Source of the DNA: Ministeria vibrans ATCC 50519
Lineage: Eukaryota > Protista > Filasterea
Length of the DNA stretch: 64,000 bases
Reading direction: 5' to 3'
NCBI GenBank assembly: GCA_943704425.1
Contig: CALSCP010000905.1
Span: 62,001-126,000, forward strand
Of the stretch, positions 24,953-39,927 are shown in pieces. Both the position numbers and the translations under genes were made by a program. Under the pieces are notes generated by a model. The model made no database searches and was not told where the DNA came from. It saw nothing but the letters and a program-made list of their open reading frames with translations. Within the stretch, counting starts at the first letter, position 1, and each line of letters begins with the position of its first letter.

Positions 24953-25461
24953 TTATTGTTGTTTACGGTAGTAATTTGCGGGAACAAATGGCATTTTTGT
25001 GACGGTGGCAGAGTAGAATTTGTTGCGAATGTTAACACGAAGCGTGGAGCCGATTTTGGAGTGTGCCGGAGAAACATAGGCCATTGCGATGTTACGAGCG
25101 AGAGAGGGCGATGGGCCGCCACTGGTGATGGTCCCTGTACGGATACGTGTGAGACGTTCGCGCGTGATAATTAAGTGATTCGTGTGGGTGTGTGTGTACC
25201 GATTGCGTTTTGGTCGTCGTCTGCGCCAAACACTTCAGCGTGCTCTATTAGGGTTGGGGTTAGAGTTGGAGGTCGCGCTTGGCATTAGGGTTGGGGGACA
25301 GAACACTCAATCTCACTCATTAATGTTGTGTTCGCCTATGAGCCAGCGCAGGCGTTCGGNNNNNNNNNNNNNNNNNNNNNNNNNNNNNNNNNNNNNNNNN
25401 NNNNNNNNNNNNNNNNNNNNNNNNNNNNNNNNNNNNNNNNNNNNNNNNNNNNNNNNNNNNN

Positions 25462-25537
<76 letters not shown>

Positions 25538-26516
25538 TTATCTCGTACGTCGGGCGGGTGGACCTCCCTTGTCCAACAGCAGTCCAACTCTAACACGCTG
25601 CACAAGACTCTTTGTCTCCATCTCCTCCCACACGCGCGCACACCCCAAAAACGCGTCCGGGCTCTTTGCTTTCTTCTTGTGCGCCCCAACTGTCCACAGC
25701 AGTCGCGCCTCATTGGGTGTCGTCTGCTCGTCCAGATCATTACCATACAGACACATACCAGCCTCCAGCCGCAGCGTGTCTCGTGCCCCCAGTCCCGCCA
25801 TCATAACCTCCCCTCCACTCTCCTCAAGCAGTCGTGTTGTCACTGCCTCCGCCGCCTCACTCTCCATTGAAATCTACGGACCGAAGATCAATTATTATTA
25901 TTACTTTTTTGTTTGTTGTTTTGATTTTTTTTTTTGATTTTGTGTTTTCACTTCAAATCCATCTTCGCCCGTGTACCCACATCGCGTCACTCGGCAACCT
26001 TCAACTCCGGCAATTGTCATCACTATATGCGCATGTACACAGGTGAACATTTGTGGGGTTTCGTCCTATTGCTATGTGTACCGTCCGATTCAAAGAACCC
26101 AATGGAACGGAGGTCTTTGTTTGTGTGCTTTGCAAGTTGTTCCGCTGCTTTGGGTCCCTGCAGCGCAATCAGTCCATTCTCAATCACAGACACGTTCACT
26201 TGCAGTCCTTGCGCCAACACAAGTTGTTCCTATACCACCAAAGGTTGTTAAAACTAAGTCTGTAGTCCTTCCAGGAAGGAGGGCGTACCATCAGATGGGC
26301 CATGTCCTTGTCGGCACACGCCGCATTGAGCACGCAGTACAGATGGTCGCCTGCATTGGTCACAACCATGTCGTCCAGGATGCCGCCAGTCTCGCGCATC
26401 AGCAGGGTGAGCTGTCCCGTCGACGGCGCAAGGCAGTCCACATCGGCAACCACAAGCCGGTTGAGGTACTTGACACGATCCGCTCCACCAATGCTACTCC
26501 AAAACGAATTATTGTC

Positions 26517-26558
<42 letters not shown>

Positions 26559-27008
26559 GCTTTTACCGAACTTGCAGCATATGCGACACGTCAAAAATCG
26601 ACGCAGCGTTTCGCGTGTGGTGGTGCACCTTGGTCGTGCCGTCGGCGCCGTACTGGAAGGGCATGGCGTAACCTGCAAAGGGGACCATCTTGGCATGCAG
26701 GCGTGTGTGTAGATCGTGAAGGGGCGTGTGTTTAAGCTATTGGAGCGGAGGGGGACGGTCAGCGGATGACTTGCGTTAAAAGAGCATTGTTTGCGTGAAT
26801 TCACGTCCTCCTCAACGCACACGGCACCATTTCCATTGAATACACACCCATTGGCAACCCAGACAGACGCTGACCAGCAAACGGACTTCCCAAGTTCAGT
26901 TTTTCATTCTTTTCGTACCGGCTCATCGGAAAGAAAGCGCACTATGGCGGTCACAGCCACAGGTTGCACATGACGCAAGGCTGGGAGACGTTTCAAGGCG
27001 CTCAGCAT
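24953..27008 (-). CDS. AMT: Mitochondrial aminomethyltransferase (glycine cleavage system T protein)
   Basis: Transit peptide [12 protein letters not shown]; TPLHDLH...[57 protein letters not shown]...[15 protein letters not shown]. Confidence 0.96.
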
Positions 27009-27353
27009 CGCAATTATTAAAGTTTTATGATCGAATAAGTCGATTATCGAAACTGTTATGATAAATGACAACAGTGTATAAAAAAAAATTGCATACGTCT
27101 CTGTCTGACGTGATATGTCATACATGATGCGTCATACGTTGGTCGTTGGAAGAGAAGTTGGTCTTCGATAATGATTTTGGAGAGGATTGCATCACCGCAA
27201 AACAACTTGTGATTTCTTTTTTTTTGATTTTTGATTTTTCAAAATATTAAAAATAATCAAAATTCAAAAATTTCTCTTCTCTACAACTAAAGGAACCACA
27301 CAAACCTAAAAACTTTTGTGGTGTGTCAGCGTTGTACAGAACCTCACACCCTA

Positions 27354-30225
<2,872 letters not shown>

Positions 30226-30494
30226 TTGCAGTGTGTGAGTCAGTGTATGTGTGTGTGTGTGCGTGTGCGTGTGTGTTTAGTCTGATTATCCTTTGAGTGT
30301 GTGTGTGTCGCAAAGGAATACCCCCCCCCCCCCCCCAAATGAGAAGAGCCAAACCCCATAAAAATGAAAAAAATCAACGAAGATGACAAAAAAATAAACG
30401 ATTAGAATCACAATTAGGAATCGAGTAGTATTATATTTTTTATTATTAGTACATTATATTGTACTTTACATGGAATGAAAGTGTTATTTCTTTC

Positions 30495-31465
30495 TCATCT
30501 CGAGTCGGCGAGATCCAACAAACGATGCGCGAGAGAGTCATTGCGGGACTGAAGGTGAGTAATCAGGTCAGCCTGACGTTCAATGAGGAGTGTTGTGAAG
30601 TTATCGTCGGCTGAGTACGGAACGAGTGCGGGCGAGTGTGTGCTGAGAGAGGCACTAGCGAGTTGGGAGGCAAGCGCCATGTTGTTGGCCGGGCGATGCT
30701 GCTGCTGCTGTTGTTGTTGTTGTTGGAGGTGGGTGCTGTCGACAACGTGGAGGGCGTCGGGAGCAGACGGTGTGCGGTTGAAGTCAGTCAGTCGATCTAC
30801 GTATATTAGGGTAAAGTTTAGTTTTGTTATTTTGTTTTTAGTTTTTCTTGAATTACAAAGGTAAAATATGACACTTGAGACGCACACGAGAAATTCGACA
30901 GTGACGACAATTTGAAGGACGTTGAGGCGACTGAGGGTGGATGCGGGGCGCACTGGCTCCACTATGCAAGTATGAAAGGTTAACGAATATAATAATTGTG
31001 TTGCTGTTTATGTGGTGTGTGTGTGCTTACTTAAGACTGACACCGCCAGAAGGATGGCGTTGCCTCCCGAGAGGGCGGCAAACGGGATTTTGCGAATGGC
31101 GCGAGTCTTTCGGTAGAAACTCAAATAGCCATTGTGTCGCGAAACGCTGTTGAGAATTTGAAAATGGCCATTGTGACAAGAGGGGAGACGAGAGAGGACG
31201 CTTACCGGTGGTTGTACTGCATGACGCGATTGAGAAGAGCAACGGCGGCCCAGACAAAGGCGTGCAGCAAGCAGAGGAGCGGGAAGGGCGGGTCGCTGTT
31301 GATGCGAGTGAACGTCGTGCGGATGGGACACCAAACGACCACCTCCACGGCAACGAAGATGACAATCTCCATGACGGCGAGCCAGACATTGGGAATACGC
31401 TGGTACTGCGCAAAGGACACGCGCCCGGCGACGCTGTCCAAGGCGACAGACGCTTCCGCACTCAT
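30495..31465 (-). CDS. TMEM192: TMEM192-like lysosomal membrane protein
   Basis: Spliced exons give RVMQYNH|SVSRHNGYLSFYRKTRAIRKIPFAALSGGNAILL, VEFLVCVSSVIFY, FNRTPSAPD, and LIERQADLITHLQSRNDSLAHRLL, matching the TMEM192 pattern. Confidence 0.85.
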
Positions 31466-32022
31466 TCGTAAGGACGAGGGAGAGTGCGAGACGGACAGAC
31501 AGACAGACAGAGAGGGAGAGAGAGTGTGTGTGTGTGAGAGTGAGTGAGTGAGAGTAGAGATGGGATGTGTATGTGTGAGTGTGTGGGTGAGTGAGGGGGA
31601 CAACGATGAGAGAGAAAATAATAAAATTTAGTCGGCGATCACACTGAACCTTTTAACACCTTTTTCAACTGTATGAAGCGCTCCCGTTGATTTTTGTCTC
31701 ACTTGGCTGCAAGTGCTGCGACTTTGGTGTTTAAATTCAAATGTGAAGCGAGTGTGTGTGAAACGAGTGCTGTTCAAGCGTTTCATAATATCAGCTGATA
31801 GAGAGCTGTACCGCTCCACTCGATCAAAATTCTCAAGTTAACATCTTACGATGATAACGATGATTGGTTCTGATTGTAATAATAATTATTATTATATCAA
31901 TAATAATTACTACTATTATTATTAATAATATTATATTTATACAACGGCCAGTGGAGAAATTCCTCAAGAAAAACTCTCTGGGACACACAAACTTGGGTGT
32001 TTCTTCTGCAGGTCTCAGGCGA

Positions 32023-32423
32023 CTATACGTCAGGGAAGGGCAGCTTGCGTATGACACAGTCTTCCTTGGCAAGCCGCACCGCGTCGCGCATGATCCGACC
32101 AAAGTCCCCCAGATGCATTGTGGTGCTCGACTGTTCCGCACTGTACACGCGGTGACGCTGCGTCAGGTTCGCGTGCGGGTTTTGCCTATAATATTCATCA
32201 CAATAATTTGTTTAGGGTATGCTTCTGTGACTATGGCTTGTTTTCTTTCTTTTCTTCTTGAACGTTGTTGCACACACACATACGTATCAAAACACAATTG
32301 TTGACGATATAACGAGTCATCTTATCTCACCAGAAAATGTAGGGAGCTCCGCCTTTGCGTCGACACGTCAGTAAGCGACCAAAACTAAAGGATTGAGACA
32401 CACAATTAAAAGCCACACACACA

Positions 32424-32512
<89 letters not shown>

Positions 32513-33934
32513 GGGAGACACACGCACCCACACAAAAATCCACCCATACTAATAATTCTTACTTTCTGATGTTCAAATACTTCTGGTCATACGGGGCAAT
32601 TTGGACGGCAGTGGCGCAGGGGGGCAGGTAGAATCCATTGGTGAGACCGGCGCCGTTGACGCCAAAGAGGACGGTAAGCGAGCTCATTGTGTCAACTTGT
32701 TGCGCAAACGCCATTGTTTCAAAATGAAGCAGTTCAGCCTATAGACGTACTTGAGATGCAGGAGACACACACACATGCACTTTTTCTCTTTCTTTCTTGT
32801 GTACCTTCAGCTTGAGCGTGTTCTCTATGTAGTCGACGAGCTCTTGTTCATTAAGGAGCAGGCGAGTGTCACCTCCACGACTGACAATGCCCACTTTGAG
32901 GTGCGGGGCGGGCAACAGGGGCTCATGGACGCCCAGACTCCAGCGCATGAACCGACTGAAGCGCTCCATGAAACCATTTTGCTCATTGCCCGTCTCGGCT
33001 GAGCCCCCCTGTGTTCCTGCGGGAGTCTGGTCGATGCTGCCAATAATGGCGCGTCGAAAACACACTGTGCCGTTGGGTGGGAGTGGGTCGAGCCACTCGG
33101 AGGTCGTGAGGGGCCGTGGGGGCACGTGGCCGCGCAGGGCGTGCAGCTGTGTCTGCCAGTACGGCGCAATGGGCCCTGCGCGCGGCTTGAACGCGTCCGT
33201 GTTCCACGTGACGGAGGGTAGGTGGGTGTGTCGGTCAAAGGAGTCGACGACGGCCGGGATGAGGAGGGCCTGGGGGCGTGCGAGTGCGTCGATCGGGAGC
33301 AAATTGAGTCGCTCGTACATGTAGAAAATTGCCATGAGTGTGTCGGTGTGCCTAAGAAGAGTGCGAGTGAGCACAGGTAAGGGGTATGTCGTTCCACGTA
33401 CATGTGCCAGTTGTTAGCGCCGCCACGGTACGCAATGGAAGCCACGAGGGCGAGATCGTCGATAGTTTGCGAACAGGTCGCAGGCAACTCGCTGGCCGTC
33501 TCGATGCGAAACTTGACCTTGGCGAGCCTGTCGAGGCGCTCCGTGGGCGGCGAAAGGTTGTATTCGACCTCTGGCGACGCGGTGACGACGAATGTGCCGT
33601 CTTTGCGGAGGACAAGGGACGTAATCTCGCAGAGGGTGCCCGGCAGTTTGGCGTGCGAGCGACAGTCGACCTGCGACGGCGGCAGGGCGTTCACAGCGGC
33701 AATGGGCGCGTCGCGTTTGGCGTTGATAGCAGGGTCCTCAACAATGGGAGGCACGGTAGCCGTGTGGAGGATGGGGGGCGGCGGAGGGCGCTGATTTTTG
33801 GCAATAGGCACATCATCCGACTGGCTCTGATCTCCGACCGGCTGACTCGCCAGACGCACCATTGAGCCCAGGATAACGAGACCGACGATGAGGAGGAGCA
33901 GAATCAAGCTCTTGTTCCATCGGATGACGGCCAT
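32023..33934 (-). CDS. Type II membrane glycosyltransferase family 61 (EOGT/POMGNT2-like)
   Basis: N-terminal TM anchor and Pro-rich stem; [40 protein letters not shown]...[17 protein letters not shown]...VQIAPY. Last exon ends KLPFPDV*. Confidence 0.85.
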
Positions 33935-34073
33935 TGCAAATAGTTAATAGACTGGATGGTTGATCAGAGAGACTGAGACTGAGAGAGAGAGAGAGAGCGA
34001 GAGAGAGTCGTATGCATAGCACCACAATGCGTGAGATTAGTACTTCTCACTGAATTCACACAAATTTCAAGTC

Positions 34074-34844
34074 ATGAGCGAACCGTGGGATCGCGTCGCG
34101 GTGGCGGCCGGTCGTGCGTACGCGTCCAACATGGAGCTGATGATGTCGGAGACGGGCGAACGATGCCGGACGGATCCGCCAAGTGAGATTGGCGCTTGTT
34201 TTGCATTGGGCGCCAACGGAAAGATTGTGTGTCGCTTTCCTACAGCCGATGGAGAGCCATGTCGGTCACAGGGGTTTGTGGGCGAGGGTGTGGGGAAACA
34301 CTTTACCATGCACCATCCCACGAGCAAGCACCGACTCGTCTGTGTCGTCTGCAATTCGTATGTTGGTGGGAACAACCTCAAACGTCACGTTGCTTCACAC
34401 CACAGCAACACATTCACAGCCACCGTCATGGAACGCAGTCCGTTGGAGGACGGAGGGTGGAAGACGGTCTACCTGCGAGAGGTGCGTGCGGCATTGGAGC
34501 GCGACGGAGAAGAGGAGGACGTTGAGGGAGAAGTGGCGAAGGTGTTTGGTCGTGGCGAGTTCGAGCGAGTCCCAATGGGATTTGTGACTTGGTTGGCAAT
34601 GGCACGAGGCGAGAAGGAGGATGAGGAGGACACGAGTGTGTTTGAGATGCTGGGGAATGGCAAGGTGCGATGTCGGTGTCGACTTGTGGACGGACGAGTG
34701 TGTGCTGGACTGGGATTTGCGCCTGAGTGGGTGGGGCATCATTTCTCGGGGTGCCATCCTCGGAGTGTGTTCCGCGTCAACTGTGTGATGTGCAAGGAGG
34801 ATGTAGCATCAAACAGAAACGCGTTTAAGCGCCACCTGCTGCAA
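34074..34844 (+). CDS. Protein with two tandem double C2H2-like zinc-finger modules (truncated by gap)
   Basis: CRFPTADGEPC...HFTMHH...CVVC...LKRHVASHH and CRLVDGRVC...HFSGCH...CVMC...FKRHL, each preceded by an FxxxxNGK(I/V) motif. Confidence 0.7.
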
Positions 34845-35838
34845 NNNNNNNNNNNNNNNNNNNNNNNNNNNNNNNNNNNNNNNNNNNNNNNNNNNNNNNN
34901 NNNNNNNNNNNNNNNNNNNNNNNNNNNNNNNNNNNNNNNNNNNNNNNNNNNNNNNNNNNNNNNNNNNNNNNNNNNNNNNNNNNNNNNNNNNNNNNNNNNN
35001 NNNNNNNNNNNNNNNNNNNNNNNNNNNNNNNNNNNNNNNNNNNNNNNNNNNNNNNNNNNNNNNNNNNNNNNNNNNNNNNNNNNNNNNNNNNNNNNNNNNN
35101 NNNNNNNNNNNNNNNNNNNNNNNNNNNNNNNNNNNNNNNNNNNNNNNNNNNNNNNNNNNNNNNNNNNNNNNNNNNNNNNNNNNNNNNNNNNNNNNNNNNN
35201 NNNNNNNNNNNNNNNNNNNNNNNNNNNNNNNNNNNNNNNNNNNNNNNNNNNNNNNNNNNNNNNNNNNNNNNNNNNNNNNNNNNNNNNNNNNNNNNNNNNN
35301 NNNNNNNNNNNNNNNNNNNNNNNNNNNNNNNNNNNNNNNNNNNNNNNNNNNNNNNNNNNNNNNNNNNNNNNNNNNNNNNNNNNNNNNNNNNNNNNNNNNN
35401 NNNNNNNNNNNNNNNNNNNNNNNNNNNNNNNNNNNNNNNNNNNNNNNNNNNNNNNNNNNNNNNNNNNNNNNNNNNNNNNNNNNNNNNNNNNNNNNNNNNN
35501 NNNNNNNNNNNNNNNNNNNNNNNNNNNNNNNNNNNNNNNNNNNNNNNNNNNNNNNNNNNNNNNNNNNNNNNNNNNNNNNNNNNNNNNNNNNNNNNNNNNN
35601 NNNNNNNNNNNNNNNNNNNNNNNNNNNNNNNNNNNNNNNNNNNNNNNNNNNNNNNNNNNNNNNNNNNNNNNNNNNNNNNNNNNNNNNNNNNNNNNNNNNN
35701 NNNNNNNNNNNNNNNNNNNNNNNNNNNNNNNNNNNNNNNNNNNNNNNNNNNNNNNNNNNNNNNNNNNNNNNNNNNNNNNNNNNNNNNNNNNNNNNNNNNN
35801 NNNNNNNNNNNNNNNNNNNNNNNNNNNNNNNNNNNNNC

Positions 35839-35889
<51 letters not shown>

Positions 35890-35909
35890 TTCACACACTC
35901 CTTCCGCAG

Positions 35910-36271
35910 ATACCTCCAGCTACACCTCGCCGACAACACAACACAGGCGCTCGAGCCGGCGCTCACACTTGCCCTGGAGTTCATGGAGCGCGCGCTGAGC
36001 GACGACACAGCGCGCGTCCTCCTGCACTGTGCGGCCGGCGCATCACGCTCGGCCTCTGTCGCCATCTGCTGGCGGATGGCCACCAAGGGTACCCATCCAC
36101 CGCTGCTGGTGTGTTCGTCGTGTGTTGGCACCTCATCTTCTTTGTTGTGTGGCAGGGGAGAGCTTTGAAGAGGCGCTCCAGCACTGCCAGCGCCAAAGAC
36201 GAGCAGTCAATCCCAATCCGGGGTTTGTCGAGCAGCTTCGCAAAAGAGGGACTGCAACGACCGGCGACTGA
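35910..36271 (+). CDS. Dual-specificity protein phosphatase, C-terminal exons
   Basis: YLQLHLADNTTQAL...VLLHCAAGASRSASV (HCxxGxSRS), one intron, then EEALQHCQRQRRAVNPNPGFVEQL. 5' part lies in the N gap. Confidence 0.9.
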
Positions 36272-36356
36272 TACAAATATTATATTATTATGTTGTGTAG
36301 TACAAAGAGCGTCATGTGTATAATGATTGTAACAATAAAAATAAATTGAGGACGCA

Positions 36357-39300
36357 CTATTTTGAATGAGGAGAGTTGGCAAGAATGGAAAGCCCCTCAT
36401 CGACAATACTCGTGTTGTTGCTATTGTTCTGTTGTGCTGGGTAGAGCATCTCTCGTCGCGATTGTGACGATGCAGAGCCGGTGCGATCCCATTGTTTTCT
36501 CTAAGTGAGAGAAGGCGAGAAAGAAAGGAGAGAGGAAACAAACAAGAAAGGAAGAGTGTGAGAAGGGAAAGAGGAAGAAGACAGAAAAAAGTGCGTAAGT
36601 GAATGTAACAATGTGCGTCAGTGAAAGAAACAAAGTGCGTAAGTGAAATAACGCGTAAGAGGAAGAAAAAAAAGTGCGTCAGTGAAGGAAACAAAGTGCG
36701 TAAGCGAAACAACACGTAAGAGAAAGAAACAAAGTGCGTAAGTGAAGGAAACAAAATGTGTAAGTGAAAGTAATAAAGTGTGTGCAAATATTCCGTCTTT
36801 ACCTTTTCTCCAGTGTGAAATTTCATACTGGCATAGGTGTCATCAAGACCGGTACTAAGTCCCAGAGTGCCCGCATCAACAGGAACGCGTTTGGTGCGCA
36901 CTGAGGAGACAGCCGGAGGAGGATGCGCAGCAGAAGGAAGCGTGAGGGACGACTGGCGGTGGTGGCGCACTGGGTGAGCCATTGGGTGAGCCGTAGGATG
37001 TGCCATAGGATACTGCTGTACTTGTGTGTGCTCGACTGCTTTGCGAGCTGTTATCGCCTCTTGGAGTTTGGACTGTTCGCGTTGCAGCTGCTCACGAACC
37101 CGCGTGAGCTGATCCATCACACGAGACGTCTCAGTCACGCGATCATCGGCCATTGCATAGTGTGCGCTCTCATTCCCATACAACTGACCCTGTTGCTGAT
37201 GGAGTCGAATCAGTCGCTCTTCTTCGTCCACACGCGCCACTGCTTCCGCGCGCAGTCGTCGGCGTCGTCGCTCCGCCTCCACTTCACGCGAAAATGAATC
37301 GTCCACTCGAACACCAACTCCGACAACACTTCTCTCAGAGGGAACAGACCGTGCAGCAGACGATGGACGAGAAGAAGACGGAACACTCCTAACAGATGAG
37401 AATTGAGGCACAGCAGAAAAAGCAGCAGAGGAGGGAAGAGGAGAGTGCACAACCGACTGTGACTGTGGCTGTGGCTGTGGCTGTGGCTGTGGCTGTGGCT
37501 GTGGCTGTGGCTGTGACTGTTGCGTCTCCTGTTGCGCCGCCTCTCTTTGTTTGCGCTGCACTTCTTCTCGTTCCGCTCTCTGTTTACGTTTCATCTCCAA
37601 CACCTAACAACACACACACACACACACACAGACAGACACACATTCAGTCTCTCTCTTTCTATCTCTTTCACGCATACTCTCACTCGCTACCGTGAGTGTG
37701 CGTGTTTCTTCTTTTTATATATATATACCTTTTCCTGCTCGCGTGTGACTGCATTCGACCGCTCTTCCGCCTCGCGTTGCTTTGCTCGTTCCTTTTCTTT
37801 TTCCTTCTCCCTCTCTTTCTCATACGCCTCTTTGATTGCCTTCTGCTCCCGCTCAATCCGCTCCATTTCTGCCTTCTCTTCTCGGCGCTTCTCCTCCTTT
37901 AGCCTTTCCCGTTCCCTCTCTCGCTCCCGAATTTGCGCTCGCAGTGCCTCCTGGTACTCCACCTGAGCCCGCCGCTTTGCCTCCTCCACACTCACTACCC
38001 CACCACTACCATTCATTCCCATGGCAACGGGTCCCGCATCTGCACTCATGGCTGCTGTCGGTGCCACAGTAGCCCCTGTGCCCCCACTAGCCATGTCTGT
38101 CGCCGTTGCCGTGCGCACATACACAGCCTGGCCCGTGCGTCCGTCGCGTCGTGGTGCGCCACAGCCCGGCTGTCCAAATGGGTTGTACTGCGCTGCCTCT
38201 GCATCCTTCGCTGCGTTGTAAGCTCGCTCTGCTTCGCGCTCCGCCGCCTCACGTGCCTTCTTCTCCAGCATCTGCAATACGTAAAAATAATTGGGTGAGC
38301 GCGAGGATGAGTGAGCGTGGGACCTACTTGTTGCTGGAGTTGTTCGGCGTAGGAGAGTTTGCTGTCGTCGGAGCGTGGAAATTGGGGCTGAATGGGCTGT
38401 GGGGCACTGACCATGGGGGCCCATTGGGCAGTGGTGGGGGGTACAATCATGGGCACAGTGGGTTTTGTTGTTGTTATCGGCGCTGGTGGTGCCTGTTGGG
38501 CAACGAAGGCGATTGACGGGGGAGGCGGCTGGACCGGCGTGGTTGGTGTGTGGGTTGGAGTGGAGAAGCCGCTCGATTGGCGACGTCGCACGTTGGTGAC
38601 GACGCGTCCTTGTGTGTCGCGTAATGGTGCTCCTGCTCCACCGCGACCAAAAGGAAAATAGTCGCCACTGGCGGCACTAGCGGCTGCGGCTGCGGCGTCG
38701 TCTATCATCTGTTGCCGTGTTCGCGTTTGAGGTTGCTGTTGTTGCGAGTGAACCTGCCGTGGTTGGGAGTGGATGATCTTAAAGGATGGCGGTGGGTCGT
38801 CGTCGTGGGCAAAGACAGTCGATGTTTGGGCGGCAATGGCGGCGGCACGACAGGGTCGCATCATGTAGTTGTCGCCCGAACGATACAGGTTCTCTTCGGC
38901 GCGTCGGCTCGCTACCATCTCGTTGTAGGTCGCAGGCGTGGCGGGAGGTGGTGGGTTCATGATTGACCCAGGTTGGGAAGAGGCCGGGGCGGATGACATG
39001 GCCTGTGCAGTCTGTTGTGCGGGGCGAGATGAGTGAGGCTCGTTTGAAAACAAAACGCCTTACCGTTGCTCCTTGCTGCAACAAGTCGGCACGCTCTCGC
39101 TCGATCTCAGCCTTCTGGAAAGAGTGCAGAGAGTGGTTTAATGGACGTGCGAGAGGATGTTGGTGGAAAGGGAGGTGAAGGAGGGCGGAGACGGGGGTGA
39201 TGCGATTCAAAATGACAGTTGGTTGCTGGGGGTGACGAGATAAAATATGGGGTGGAACGAGGGTAATGCTGAAGGAAGGGAAGAAAGGTGTGATTGGGAG

Positions 39301-39369
39301 AAACATGACAGGGCGGAGGAGGACGTTGGGAGCCCTTACTTGGTTGGCGATAAAGGTGTCAAGATCCAT
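36357..39369 (-). CDS. CSPP1: CSPP1-like centrosome/cilium protein (CCDC66-type coiled region)
   Basis: MDLDTFIANQ|KAEIERERADL N-terminus; two motifs YFPFGRGGAGAPLRD and YNPFGQPGCGAPRRD; YAEQLQQQ and YQEALRAQIRERE...EEK coiled coil. Confidence 0.75.
36588..36790. repeat. Degenerate ~22-bp minisatellite in the last CSPP1 intron
   Basis: Repeated aaagtgcgtaagtgaaggaaac-like units. Confidence 0.8.
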
Positions 39370-39927
39370 CTCGCTCTCTTTCTCTCTCTCTCTTCACAGC
39401 TCACTTGACTTGCACAATCTATGATCAGAAAAGGTGTTTGTATCCTATGACTCCTTGATTATCAGATTTTGGAGAGTAGAAGAAACGGCGATGAAGTGCA
39501 AAAAAGTTATGAGTATTGAGTAGGCTACACTTCTAATCATCCATGATCCAATCACCAGTGATTCTGAGGAACATGAATTGAACGCCCTGCGTGATAAATC
39601 ACAAACCACTACGTCTATCAGTTCTCACTACTCACTAGGTCTCATATGTGCACCTCCCTGAGAGACCACATCGAATGAAAGTATCCATGAGTGTCTGCAT
39701 GCATAATGCGTAATACTATTATAATATGTTGTTAAACTAAGCTCAATAAACTGTGTCAAATCACTCACTCACTCACTCGTGTTTCTTCTTTTCTCTTTGT
39801 CTGGTAAAAGTGGCAGTGGACAAATAATAATATGATATAAAATTGAAAATAATTATGTGGGATAAAAGAATTAACTTCGTCGTTCACTATCATCAAATCA
39901 TCGCTCTCCTTCTCTCTCCTCACTTGC

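Noticed and set aside
36588-36790. CRISPR-like periodic repeats (also 43395-43500)
   Set aside because: These are degenerate intronic minisatellites without unique spacers, in a eukaryotic context with no cas genes.
35981-36800. C-terminal extension of the 540-aa minus ORF
   Set aside because: It reads through an intronic minisatellite and antisense to the DUSP. Splicing at 36802 gives a cleaner end at 36357.
39400-39900. Possible ncRNA or small gene between CSPP1 and COPB1
   Set aside because: Only a short hairpin and tiny ORFs; no tRNA or snRNA motifs recognised.
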